From a bacterium (GTDB lineage: Bacteria > Bdellovibrionota_C > UBA2361 > CALJRW01): 64,000 nucleotides of DNA. The stretch covers positions 128,001 to 192,000 of the forward strand of contig JANNBC010000024.1 in NCBI GenBank assembly GCA_031385045.1. Reading direction: 5' to 3'. Made by a program: the position numbers and the translations under genes. The notes below the pieces were generated by a model. The model saw nothing but the letters and a program-made list of their open reading frames with translations, made no database searches and was not told the origin of the DNA. Of this stretch, positions 1 to 8,711 are shown in pieces (within the stretch, counting starts at the first letter, position 1; every line of letters begins with the position of its first letter).

Positions 1-209
1 GCTAGAGTCATTGGTAGGTTTATTCGAACAATTAGACCTGAGGGTACTTGTATTACGTTCTGGGCTTTAGCTCGATCTAGTTCGAGGATTGGCCAGATTT
101 TCCCTAAGGCTGTTCCCTGAAGCATATCAGCATTAACCAAATCACCTATCTGTAGACTAGGTAAAGCGCGTGATAGTGGGTTAGTTAGGGAGATTGATTT
201 CTGTTGCAT
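1..209 (-). CDS. Hypothetical protein, N-terminal part (runs off window edge)
   Basis: Manual translation: ATG at 209 opens MQQKSISLTNPLSRALPSLQIGDLVNADML..., with no stop before position 1; divergent from oleA. Confidence 0.55.
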   Translation of the reverse strand, partial: MQQKSISLTNPLSRALPSLQIGDLVNADMLQGTALGKIWPILELDRAKAQNVIQVPSGLIVRINLPMTL

Positions 210-281
210 TACGCTTAAGTTATGCAAGTATTTTAGACTAATGTGAGACTAAATTGAGCGATTTCTAATACTTTCGATAAC

Positions 282-310
282 TTGTAATAGAGCTTGTCAT
301 AGGTTATAAA
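282..310 (+). promoter_or_regulatory. Putative sigma70-type promoter for the ole operon
   Basis: TTGTAA (282-287), 17-nt spacer, TATAAA (305-310), 35 nt upstream of the oleA ATG. AT-rich background makes a chance match possible. Confidence 0.3.
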
Positions 311-345
311 GTACTGGAATCATGCTTTAATTTGAAGATACCCGA

Positions 346-1413
346 ATGTTGTCACTTAAATACAATAATGTTCGCATTGAGTCCTATGCCTTTAATCGTC
401 CCTTGATCAAAGTTACTAGTGCGGAAATCGAAGATCGTTTAGCACCTATTTATCAGCGCTACTCCGTTCCTTTTGGAACCCTGGAAAGACTTAGCGGGAT
501 TACGGAAAGAGGGTTTTTTGAAAAAGGAACTCGTCCTAGTCAAATTGCCACAGCTGCCGCAAAAGAAGCTATTGAAAAATCGGGTATCGCCATGGAAGAC
601 ATTGGTGCGGTCATTAATTGTTCTGTCACTCGAGATTTTTTTGAACCAGCAACCGCTATTCTTGTGCATCGTAATCTTGGAATGAAAGAAGAGGTTCTTG
701 CTTTTGATATTACCAATGCTTGTATTGGATTCTCTAATGGCATGATGTTAATTGCTAATATGATTGAGTCTGGTGTGATCAAGGCAGGTCTTGTGACATC
801 TGGGGAGAATATGGCTCCAATTACAGACACCACATTTAATAAATTATTAAATGAAGATAGCTCTCATATCACTCGCTCTGAATTTGTAAAAATGTTACCA
901 ACTTTTACTTTAGGCAGTGGAGGCGTAGCAATGGTTCTTTGCCATCAAGATTTAGCTACACAAAATCATCGCTTAGTTGCCAGTCATCCAAGAAGTGCCA
1001 GTGAGCATGCTGATTTATGTATTGGTAATGGTGACTTTTGCTTTACTCAGGCTGATGGCTTAGATCCATTGATGGAGACAGAGTCTCAGAAGTTAATTGC
1101 TGCTGCCGCTAAACTTGGAGCTCGGGCATGGCCAGAATTTTCTGAGTTAACTGGTTGGAGTGCGGAAGAATTAGATCATATAGTTTGTCATCAAATTGGG
1201 AAGCAGGTGAATGCTAGTTTTTACGGATCGCAAGGATTGCCTCATGATCGGGAGCATTTGTCATATCCTGAATATGGTAATTTGGTTTCCGCAGCATTGC
1301 CTTCGGCCTTAATTATGGCAGCTGAAAATAATAAGTTCATGACAGGAGATAAGATCTTGTTAACTGCTTATGGTAGTGGTTTAAATACAATTTTTTCCGG
1401 CATTATTTGGTGA
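346..1413 (+). CDS. oleA: OleA, thiolase-fold (FabH-like) acyl-CoA condensing enzyme
   Basis: Catalytic Cys in FDITNACIGF, His in CHQIG, Asn in YGNLVSA, OleA-type EPATA glutamate; first gene of an ole operon. Confidence 0.9.
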   Translation: MLSLKYNNVRIESYAFNRPLIKVTSAEIEDRLAPIYQRYSVPFGTLERLSGITERGFFEKGTRPSQIATAAAKEAIEKSGIAMEDIGAVINCSVTRDFFEPATAILVHRNLGMKEEVLAFDITNACIGFSNGMMLIANMIESGVIKAGLVTSGENMAPITDTTFNKLLNEDSSHITRSEFVKMLPTFTLGSGGVAMVLCHQDLATQNHRLVASHPRSASEHADLCIGNGDFCFTQADGLDPLMETESQKLIAAAAKLGARAWPEFSELTGWSAEELDHIVCHQIGKQVNASFYGSQGLPHDREHLSYPEYGNLVSAALPSALIMAAENNKFMTGDKILLTAYGSGLNTIFSGIIW

Positions 1414-3989
1414 ACCAACAAGAGATCGATCTGCTAAAGCAGTATTATCCATTTCCATCTAAATTTCTTACAATTGCCGGGCATCAAATGCATTACATTG
1501 ATGTTGGTTCGGGGCCAGTTGTAATTTTATTACATGGTAATCCTACTTGGGGTTTTTACTATCGAGAGTTAGTAAAAACTTTACAAGAAAACTATCGAGT
1601 GATTGTGCCTGATTTTTTGGGTATGGGACTTTCTGATCATCCGATTGATGCTAGCTTTCGGTCTTCTGATCGAATTCAGCACATGCAGGAATTTATTGAT
1701 TCTTTAGAGATTAAAAAGTTTTCTTTAGTAACCCATGATTGGGGTGGATCGATTGGTTCGGGATTAGCAATTCGTAACTTAGAAAAATTAGAGCGACTTG
1801 TATACTTAAATACAACGCTTACAGTTACAGAAAGTTTGCCGCTAATTATTAAAAGAGCAACAAAGCCTTTAATTGGAAACTTCCTAACTCAAAGAACTAA
1901 ACATTTCTTAAAATTAACAACTGAAGTTGGCGTTGCTAAAAAGTTACCGAAAGAGATTAAGAAGTGTTATTTATTACCTTACAAAACCAGAGCTAGACGC
2001 AAGGCAATTTGGGATTTTGTTGCGGACATTCCTTTTGATAGTAACCATCCAAGTTATCCAGCCATGTTAGATTTGGCAGAAAATATTGGTACCTTAAGTA
2101 AAATTCCTGTCCAAATTATTTGGGGATTAAAAGATCCTTGCTTCCATCGTGAGATGCTAAATAACGTAGCTGGATTATTCCCACAATCTCGTGTCTTAGA
2201 AATTCCGGATGCTTCACACTTAGTTCTAGAAGATGCTGAGGAACTTACCTGCAAAACAATCAAAAATTTTCTAGCTATGCCTTACGAGGAAGCGATTCAA
2301 CCGATTTATTCTGATGATGCTTCTACAGAAACTCCGGAAGACATTAACGCTTTTTTTCGAGCCTTCACTGCAAATGTGAAAAAACAGCCTTACACCTACG
2401 CGGCAATTGAACCAAGCTTTTTGATTGATGATTTAAAATATCGGCAGATTAATTTTAAAGATCTGGCCAAGACAATTAATAAATACCAGCGTGGATTAAG
2501 TGAATTAGGACTGAAGGCCGGGGATAAAGTTCTGATGCTAGTTCCACCGGGAATTAATTTTTTAACCTTAAGTTATGCGGTAATGGGGCGTGGAGCCGTG
2601 CCCGTATTTCTTGATCCTGGAATGGGCAAAGAGAAATTAATTAATTGCATTGAAGAATTAAAACCAGATGTTTTAATTGCTTCGTTGAAAGCGGAACTAT
2701 TTAGGTTTTTAAAGCCTAAAATATTTAGCTCGGTTCGATTTAGAATTGTTGCCAGTGAATGGTTTCTGGGTCGTGCTTATTCCTTATCATATTTAAAGAA
2801 GTTTGCTGAGCAAAGTATTCCAGCAATTGCCAATCCGGATCAGAATGTTTTAGTTGCTTATACCTCAGGTGCGACAGGTAGGCCGAAGGGCGTGGTTTAT
2901 GACAATCAAATGATTAATGCGCAGCTAAAGATTTTTAAAGAGCAGTTTGGATTAGAAGCTGGTAAAAAAGATTTGCCATTACTGCCTATCTTTTCTTTGT
3001 TTAATTTGGCCTTGGGTATTACTAGCGTAATCGCACCACTTAATCCTTCCAAGCCATTGGAATTAGATCCTCGAAAAGTTACCCAGATTATTAACGATCT
3101 AGGAATTAATTACTCATTTGGTTCTCCCACACTTTGGAGAAAGATTGCAGAATATTGTTTCCGTTCTCGGCAATCTTTATTGTCCCTCGAGAAAATATTT
3201 ATGGCTGGGGCTCCAGTTCCAGAAAGTACAGTGGGGTTGTTAAAAGATGTTGTTCCGAATGGAGAATCTTTCACACCTTATGGTGCAACAGAGGCTTTGC
3301 CTGTGACCTTAATTAGTGGTCAGGAAATTTTAGATCTAAAACGACAACCTGCCAAATCTGGCGAGCAAGGAACCCTTGTTGGAAAAGAAGTGAAAGGGGT
3401 TGAGATCAAAATTATTGCGCGACGATCTGATCAGACCACTGACTTTTCAGCAATTCAGGAGTTAGAACATTTAGCCATTGGTGAGATTATCGTTGCTGGT
3501 GATAATATTAGTAAAAAATATTTTGAACTTCCGGAAGCAAATAAAAAGTCTAAGATCCTAGAAGGTTCAAAGCTTTGGCATGTAATCGGTGATCTTGGAT
3601 ATTTAGATCTAAGTGGTAATTTATATTTCTGTGGACGAACCACTCATTTAGTTGAATATCAAGGAGCTATTTATTATAGCGAGCCCTGCGAAATTCCTTT
3701 TAACTTACATCCTAAGGTTTCTAGAACAGCTTTAGTTAAACTAGATTCTGGTGAGCCAGCAATTGTGATTGAGCCATTACCTCAGTACTATCCAGATACT
3801 AGCGAGAAAAAGGCAATTTTCGTGAAAGAGTTGAAGTTAATTGCTGGACAGCAGTCCTTCACTAAACACATTAATCGTTTTTTCTTTCACCAATCATTTC
3901 CAGTCGATCCGCGACATAATGCTAAGATTTATCGAGACATCTTAGGGGTTTGGGCTAGCCAACAAGAACCTAATTTGAGTGAAATATAA
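1410..3989 (+). CDS. oleBC: OleB-OleC fusion: haloalkane dehalogenase-like beta-lactone decarboxylase plus AMP-forming beta-lactone synthetase
   Basis: N-half: HGNPTW, HDWGG nucleophile elbow, WGLKDPCF, ASHLVLED. C-half: YTSGATGRPKG, TPYGATEALP, GDLGYLD, FPVDPRHNAKI. GTG at 1410 overlaps the oleA TGA (ORF track starts at TTG 1407). Confidence 0.9.
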   Translation: MNQQEIDLLKQYYPFPSKFLTIAGHQMHYIDVGSGPVVILLHGNPTWGFYYRELVKTLQENYRVIVPDFLGMGLSDHPIDASFRSSDRIQHMQEFIDSLEIKKFSLVTHDWGGSIGSGLAIRNLEKLERLVYLNTTLTVTESLPLIIKRATKPLIGNFLTQRTKHFLKLTTEVGVAKKLPKEIKKCYLLPYKTRARRKAIWDFVADIPFDSNHPSYPAMLDLAENIGTLSKIPVQIIWGLKDPCFHREMLNNVAGLFPQSRVLEIPDASHLVLEDAEELTCKTIKNFLAMPYEEAIQPIYSDDASTETPEDINAFFRAFTANVKKQPYTYAAIEPSFLIDDLKYRQINFKDLAKTINKYQRGLSELGLKAGDKVLMLVPPGINFLTLSYAVMGRGAVPVFLDPGMGKEKLINCIEELKPDVLIASLKAELFRFLKPKIFSSVRFRIVASEWFLGRAYSLSYLKKFAEQSIPAIANPDQNVLVAYTSGATGRPKGVVYDNQMINAQLKIFKEQFGLEAGKKDLPLLPIFSLFNLALGITSVIAPLNPSKPLELDPRKVTQIINDLGINYSFGSPTLWRKIAEYCFRSRQSLLSLEKIFMAGAPVPESTVGLLKDVVPNGESFTPYGATEALPVTLISGQEILDLKRQPAKSGEQGTLVGKEVKGVEIKIIARRSDQTTDFSAIQELEHLAIGEIIVAGDNISKKYFELPEANKKSKILEGSKLWHVIGDLGYLDLSGNLYFCGRTTHLVEYQGAIYYSEPCEIPFNLHPKVSRTALVKLDSGEPAIVIEPLPQYYPDTSEKKAIFVKELKLIAGQQSFTKHINRFFFHQSFPVDPRHNAKIYRDILGVWASQQEPNLSEI

Positions 3990-4983
3990 AATGGCGAAAA
4001 TTCTTGTCACTGGTGGAAGTGGATTTGTTGGTCAAGCACTAGCGATTGCTCTTAGTCAGGCTGGTCATCAAGTAATTGCTTTAAGTCGTAAGCCTAATCC
4101 GGAACTACAAAAGCTTGGAATCCAAATTATTTCCTGTGATTTAGCAAAAAAAGATGAGATTGATTCTATCTCACTTACTGGGGTAGAAACTATTTTTCAT
4201 ACTGCTGCTTATGTAAAAATGTGGGGGAAATATAATAATTTCTATCAAACAAATTTCTTAGGAACCAAATATCTACTAGAAAAAGCTAAGGCTCAGCACG
4301 TTAAGAAATTTATTTATACTAGCTCTCCAAGTGTAATTGCAGACGGTAAAGATTTAAAGGGTATTAACGAAGCTTACTCCTATCCCAAAAAGTACAAAGC
4401 CTATTATCCACAAACAAAATCTTTGGCTGAAAAATTTGTTCTTGCAAATAACTCCAAGGATTTTAAAACTCTAGCACTTCGTCCGCATCTTATTTGGGGA
4501 CCAGGAGATACAAATCTAATTCCCACAATTTTAGCTAAGGCCAAATCTGGAAAATTAAAGATTATTGGTGATGGCCAGAATAAAGTAGATATTTGTTACA
4601 TTGAGGATTGTATCTCGGCACATCTTTGTGCTTACTCCGCACTTGATGCTAATCCGAAAGCTGCGGGTAAGGCTTATTTTATCAGCCAAGGGGAGCCAGT
4701 AATACTTTGGGATTGGATTAACCAAGTCTTAGAATTAAATGGTCTACCAAAAATTACCAGAAAGATACCTTTTAAGTTTGCTTATAGTTTGGCGACAGTT
4801 TTAGAGTTGCTTGCTAGGCTAATTCCTAGTGCTCCAGAACCAATTTTAACTCGATTTTTAGTTTCTGAAATGGCCACAGATCATTACTTTGACCTAGCCA
4901 GAGCCAAGGAATTTTTAGGTTTTCAGCCAAAGTATTCTGTTCAAGCAGGGATGGAAAAGACTTTTGGTAAATCTAATTGCTAA
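3979..4983 (+). CDS. oleD: OleD, 3-beta-HSD-like extended SDR (2-alkyl-3-oxoalkanoate reductase)
   Basis: VTGGSGFVG Rossmann motif, YTSSPSV, YPQTK (YxxxK), LRPHLIWGPGD; operon position. Start could be ATG 3991. Confidence 0.88.
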   Translation: MKYKMAKILVTGGSGFVGQALAIALSQAGHQVIALSRKPNPELQKLGIQIISCDLAKKDEIDSISLTGVETIFHTAAYVKMWGKYNNFYQTNFLGTKYLLEKAKAQHVKKFIYTSSPSVIADGKDLKGINEAYSYPKKYKAYYPQTKSLAEKFVLANNSKDFKTLALRPHLIWGPGDTNLIPTILAKAKSGKLKIIGDGQNKVDICYIEDCISAHLCAYSALDANPKAAGKAYFISQGEPVILWDWINQVLELNGLPKITRKIPFKFAYSLATVLELLARLIPSAPEPILTRFLVSEMATDHYFDLARAKEFLGFQPKYSVQAGMEKTFGKSNC

Positions 4984-5886
4984 TTATTTAAAGCTACTTT
5001 GGATTTTAGTAATAAATTCTTCGGCTGGTAATTTAACAACTTGGTGTAAAAAATTAGCTAGGGGTAATTTTTTTTCAGTATCAGTTCGGGATCTAATTAA
5101 AGCTTGATAGAGAGATTTTCCGAGCTTTGTTTCTTCAATCTCATAATCAAGTCGATCGGCATGAGCTTTGACAATTTGTCTAGTGTCACTATCTGCAGGT
5201 AGTCCATGTCGAGCAATTGCTTGCATCATTCCTTTGCCAAGCTCTAAAAGTAATACAGGTAAAACAACTCCTGCAGCATTGACACTAGTCCCTCCGCTGG
5301 AATCATTTTCTAGATTTACAATGCCCGCTGGGGGAGTATGCTTTTGCATTTCTTTTAACATTTGCGGATTGATTGCCCAATAAAGAGATTCAGCGAAGGG
5401 CATGACCTTTTTATAGTTTAGAGCTAAGTCAGGATTTATTTGATCTAACTGATCATCTTTTAACATGTAGATATTTTGACAAGAGTGCCCAGCACCAGCA
5501 ATTAAAAAATTAATTAGGCGGCGTTTCTTAATTTCTAACTCAATCTCTGGAGTAATTGGATTAGCCGGTAAAAATGTAGCTAGAGCTAAGGGGTTCGCCT
5601 GAATTAATTGTTCTGGGTGATGTGGGATTTCCTGTGGAGAGACTAAACTTGCACTAAGTTTGATATCAGATTCATTAGCTTGAAATGCTTCATAAATCCA
5701 AGTTTTTGCTAGTTGTTGAAGTTTTTCTTGGTGAGGCTCTTCAATTGTTTGAATTCTAATAGAAGCTTGTTGCAAACTAAAGTTTTGGTTAAGGCCTGCT
5801 GCAATAAGTCTAGTCTGAAGATCCTCTTTGGCGATTGATGTTAAATGTTGGCTTATAGTAGACCCAAGAATTTCTGCGATATTCAT
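4984..5886 (-). CDS. Uncharacterised protein, possibly of a family found in large phages
   Basis: 300-aa ORF with motifs KKRRLINFLIAGAG, INPDL, LPVLLLELGKG, HGLP. Family resemblance is from memory and unverified. Confidence 0.7.
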   Translation of the reverse strand: MNIAEILGSTISQHLTSIAKEDLQTRLIAAGLNQNFSLQQASIRIQTIEEPHQEKLQQLAKTWIYEAFQANESDIKLSASLVSPQEIPHHPEQLIQANPLALATFLPANPITPEIELEIKKRRLINFLIAGAGHSCQNIYMLKDDQLDQINPDLALNYKKVMPFAESLYWAINPQMLKEMQKHTPPAGIVNLENDSSGGTSVNAAGVVLPVLLLELGKGMMQAIARHGLPADSDTRQIVKAHADRLDYEIEETKLGKSLYQALIRSRTDTEKKLPLANFLHQVVKLPAEEFITKIQSSFK

Positions 5887-5988
5887 AGTAAGGTATTTCT
5901 AAACTAAGTTGTTTCTTAGTCAAATTTTGTTTGATTTTAGCTTATTAATTGAGTTATTATTTACAAGCTTAAAGTTATCGGAGATTTT

Positions 5989-6177
5989 ATGGTAATTATA
6001 GAAAGTAGCAGAACAGCTGCTGTAGCTCCTACCCCTGTTAGAGAACCTGCAGTTAGGCCAATTATTGAACCGCAACCAGTTACCCCAAAAGTACCAACGC
6101 CTGCACCGAATCCTGATAGTCCTTTTCGACTTCCTCCACATATAGATCCAAATGAAACAGAACGCCCGAAAGCTTAG
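5989..6177 (+). CDS. Small proline-rich peptide (62 aa)
   Basis: GGAG Shine-Dalgarno just upstream of the ATG; 16 of 62 residues are Pro; fills the gap and ends 14 nt before the next ATG. Confidence 0.65.
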   Translation: MVIIESSRTAAVAPTPVREPAVRPIIEPQPVTPKVPTPAPNPDSPFRLPPHIDPNETERPKA

Positions 6178-6191
6178 TTAAGGAGAAATTG

Positions 6192-7874
6192 ATGGAGCAA
6201 GTAGGGGTTAATAGTGATCTAGCTGCAATTAGGCTAGATCAAGAGTTTCTTGCAACGAATGATCTGAACAGAGTGGAGCAACTAATTTTAGCTGGTGCTA
6301 GAATTAACACCGTTAATGAAACTGGTCATACAAAGCTACACTTAGCTATTCAAAATAAACAATATGCAATTTTAGGTTTACTAATTGCGGCAGGTGCTGA
6401 TGCTAGCATTCGTTCTGTGAATAATTATGCGCCCTTAGCAATTGCTTTAAAGAATAAGGATGAGCGTGCTGTCTGGATGCTAGCAACTTTGGGATTTGAT
6501 TTAGATCAAAGTCATAATGGCATTGGAGCGCAATTTACTTTTCTAGCAAATCAATTACTCAAATTAAATAATAAAGGTTTTGATCCCTTAACTATCTTGC
6601 AAGAAGCATCAAGAATGTTCTTTCTTGAAGCGCCTGATTTAATGAAAGTATTCCCAGTTTTTCCAAAGCCCCCTGATGCCTTGATCACAGTACGAGACTT
6701 AGAAGTATTACATATCTTTGTAATGGCAGGAGCATTGCTTAGCTCGGTGGATCCAGATCACTATACTTCAGATTCCTTTACCTTTCGGCCTAAAGAAGCT
6801 TATCCTCATATATCTAGGCTTTTAAAAAATATTTTTAGTGTTGCAGTTGAAGATATCAGCAAAGTTAGTCAAGGATTGTTAAATTTTGAGCAGGCTGATT
6901 TGAAACATTTTAAGGACTTTTATCAGTTTGCTTTGAAATATCTAGTTGTTCCTGAAATCCTCAATCAAATTCCCGCAGGTTATTTATCAGAATTTAATAA
7001 ACATATTTTTCACAAAGTAGAGCAGGATATAGGAAAGTCCTTTCTGGAATATTTAACAATGCACCGACCAATTGATTTATTACAAAATTTAAATCAAATC
7101 TGGCACTTGCGAGTAAATGATTTTATTGCGCTAGCTCGGGATTTTTCTCCAGTTGGTGATTCCTGGAGGCCGGTACTTCCTAATTGTGAGATACCAACTG
7201 GCCTTCCTGAGCTTGCCGGATGGAAGATAATTAATTTAGTTAATGGTGAGCAACTGAGTCATGAGGGACAGGCCCTTCGTCATTGCGTTGCTGGATATTC
7301 GCGGTCTTGTATGGAACATAATAGCCATATTTGCTCAATTCGTGATCCAAGTAATGTCTCTCGATCAACATTTGAATTTAAAGTATTACTAGCCGATGAT
7401 GCCAATTATAAAGACCGAGTAGCATCATTTCGAAATGTAGGGTTTGCCATTCCGGAAACAGGAAGTGAGCCAGCACGAATATTTAGACTTGTTCAACATT
7501 CTGGAGAAAGAAATGCTAGTCCCTCGGAGGAATGTAAGAAGATTATTGAATATTTTATGGATCAAGTTAAGTTTGGTATTTATGATTTAAAACCACAAAC
7601 TATAGTTAACGAACAAGGTGTTGTAGATTTCACTCAAATTAGTTTTTTAGAAAATTATGTTGGGATTCGCAAGGATAGGTTTAATGCCGAGCGCTGTGAG
7701 CAAGTAATTGACTTATTCGCTGGTCGTAGTCATGGCTTTGTTAAATTGCGACATGGGCGAAAAAAATCATTAATTCCTAGAGCACTCTCAAGACAAGGCT
7801 ACGATGCTTTTTTTGAAGCTAGCGGACTACGAACTGCAATTAAGGGAAGTTTAGCAATTCATTTTATGAAGTAA
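6192..7874 (+). CDS. Ankyrin-repeat protein with C-terminal PcfJ-like domain (paralog 1)
   Basis: Ankyrin motifs GHTKLHLAI...LLIAAGAD and YAPLAIAL; C-terminal LSHEGQALRHCVAGY...SHICSIRD...STFE...QHSGERN. AAGGAG SD favours ATG 6192 over TTG 6189. Confidence 0.8.
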   Translation: MEQVGVNSDLAAIRLDQEFLATNDLNRVEQLILAGARINTVNETGHTKLHLAIQNKQYAILGLLIAAGADASIRSVNNYAPLAIALKNKDERAVWMLATLGFDLDQSHNGIGAQFTFLANQLLKLNNKGFDPLTILQEASRMFFLEAPDLMKVFPVFPKPPDALITVRDLEVLHIFVMAGALLSSVDPDHYTSDSFTFRPKEAYPHISRLLKNIFSVAVEDISKVSQGLLNFEQADLKHFKDFYQFALKYLVVPEILNQIPAGYLSEFNKHIFHKVEQDIGKSFLEYLTMHRPIDLLQNLNQIWHLRVNDFIALARDFSPVGDSWRPVLPNCEIPTGLPELAGWKIINLVNGEQLSHEGQALRHCVAGYSRSCMEHNSHICSIRDPSNVSRSTFEFKVLLADDANYKDRVASFRNVGFAIPETGSEPARIFRLVQHSGERNASPSEECKKIIEYFMDQVKFGIYDLKPQTIVNEQGVVDFTQISFLENYVGIRKDRFNAERCEQVIDLFAGRSHGFVKLRHGRKKSLIPRALSRQGYDAFFEASGLRTAIKGSLAIHFMK

Positions 7875-7887
7875 ATAGTCTTAAAAG

Positions 7888-8595
7888 CTAGGACTTACTT
7901 TTGTAGATTCTTCCTTTTAGAACCTCATCAAATAACTCAGGTAGTCTAGCACCATCGGAACACCAAGTTGCATTAAAAATTACAATCTCCTTCTGAAGTG
8001 ATAGCTGATGAAGTTGATCAATAACTTTTTTCATTGTTTCGCCCTGAAATGGATTAAAGAAATAAAAGACTGTGCCATCTTGATAATTTACTTCAGAGGC
8101 ATCAGCTAATTTAAAACTGACACTTTTGGAAAGATTTAAGTCCCGAGCCTTTTGCTCTGCCGCTGAGCAAAGTGCTTCCTGGATTTCTACGCCAACTGTT
8201 CGACAGCCTGAAGCCAAATGCATTAATAGGCAGGGGAAGCCTCCTCCTGAACCTAAATCATAAAATGTATCAGCCGGAGTCAGGTTACAATGTTTTAAAA
8301 GTACTTGTGGCAAGTAAGCCATAGACTTCATATAGGGAAAAGAATCAGTGTTATTAGGATAGCTAATTTGATTTAAACTTTGAAAGACATGATCATCAAA
8401 GCCTAATAGCTCTTCAACGCAACTTGGTCGCCATTCTCCTTTAAAGGTAATTTCTTTTTGAAATTCAGTAGGTGAAAGAGTCCCATCAATTATTTGAGTT
8501 CTAATTATTGCTAGTCTTTCTAGATACAGTTCTCGATTTAAATCAGAGATTTCTGCAAGTGGTAACTGCGAAGCGAGAGAGGGAGATACATGCAC
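7888..8595 (-). CDS. Class I SAM-dependent methyltransferase, DOT1-like
   Basis: DTFYDLGSGGG motif I, TVGVEI motif II, ADA, VFYFFNPF motif IV. Confidence 0.75.
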   Translation of the reverse strand: MHVSPSLASQLPLAEISDLNRELYLERLAIIRTQIIDGTLSPTEFQKEITFKGEWRPSCVEELLGFDDHVFQSLNQISYPNNTDSFPYMKSMAYLPQVLLKHCNLTPADTFYDLGSGGGFPCLLMHLASGCRTVGVEIQEALCSAAEQKARDLNLSKSVSFKLADASEVNYQDGTVFYFFNPFQGETMKKVIDQLHQLSLQKEIVIFNATWCSDGARLPELFDEVLKGRIYKSKS

Positions 8596-8711
8596 TAAAA
8601 GAATTTAACTAGAATCTTGTTCTTAATCAAATTTGAACCCCAAAATGACTAAATTTGACTAGCTAGAGAATGTAATTACAATCATACTTCCAATTTCTGA
8701 TTTGTCTTACC

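Noticed and set aside
5920..6141. 73-aa minus-strand Arg/Trp-rich ORF
   Set aside because: Composition is what the antisense of the Pro-rich peptide would give; the plus-strand ORF has the SD and operon fit.
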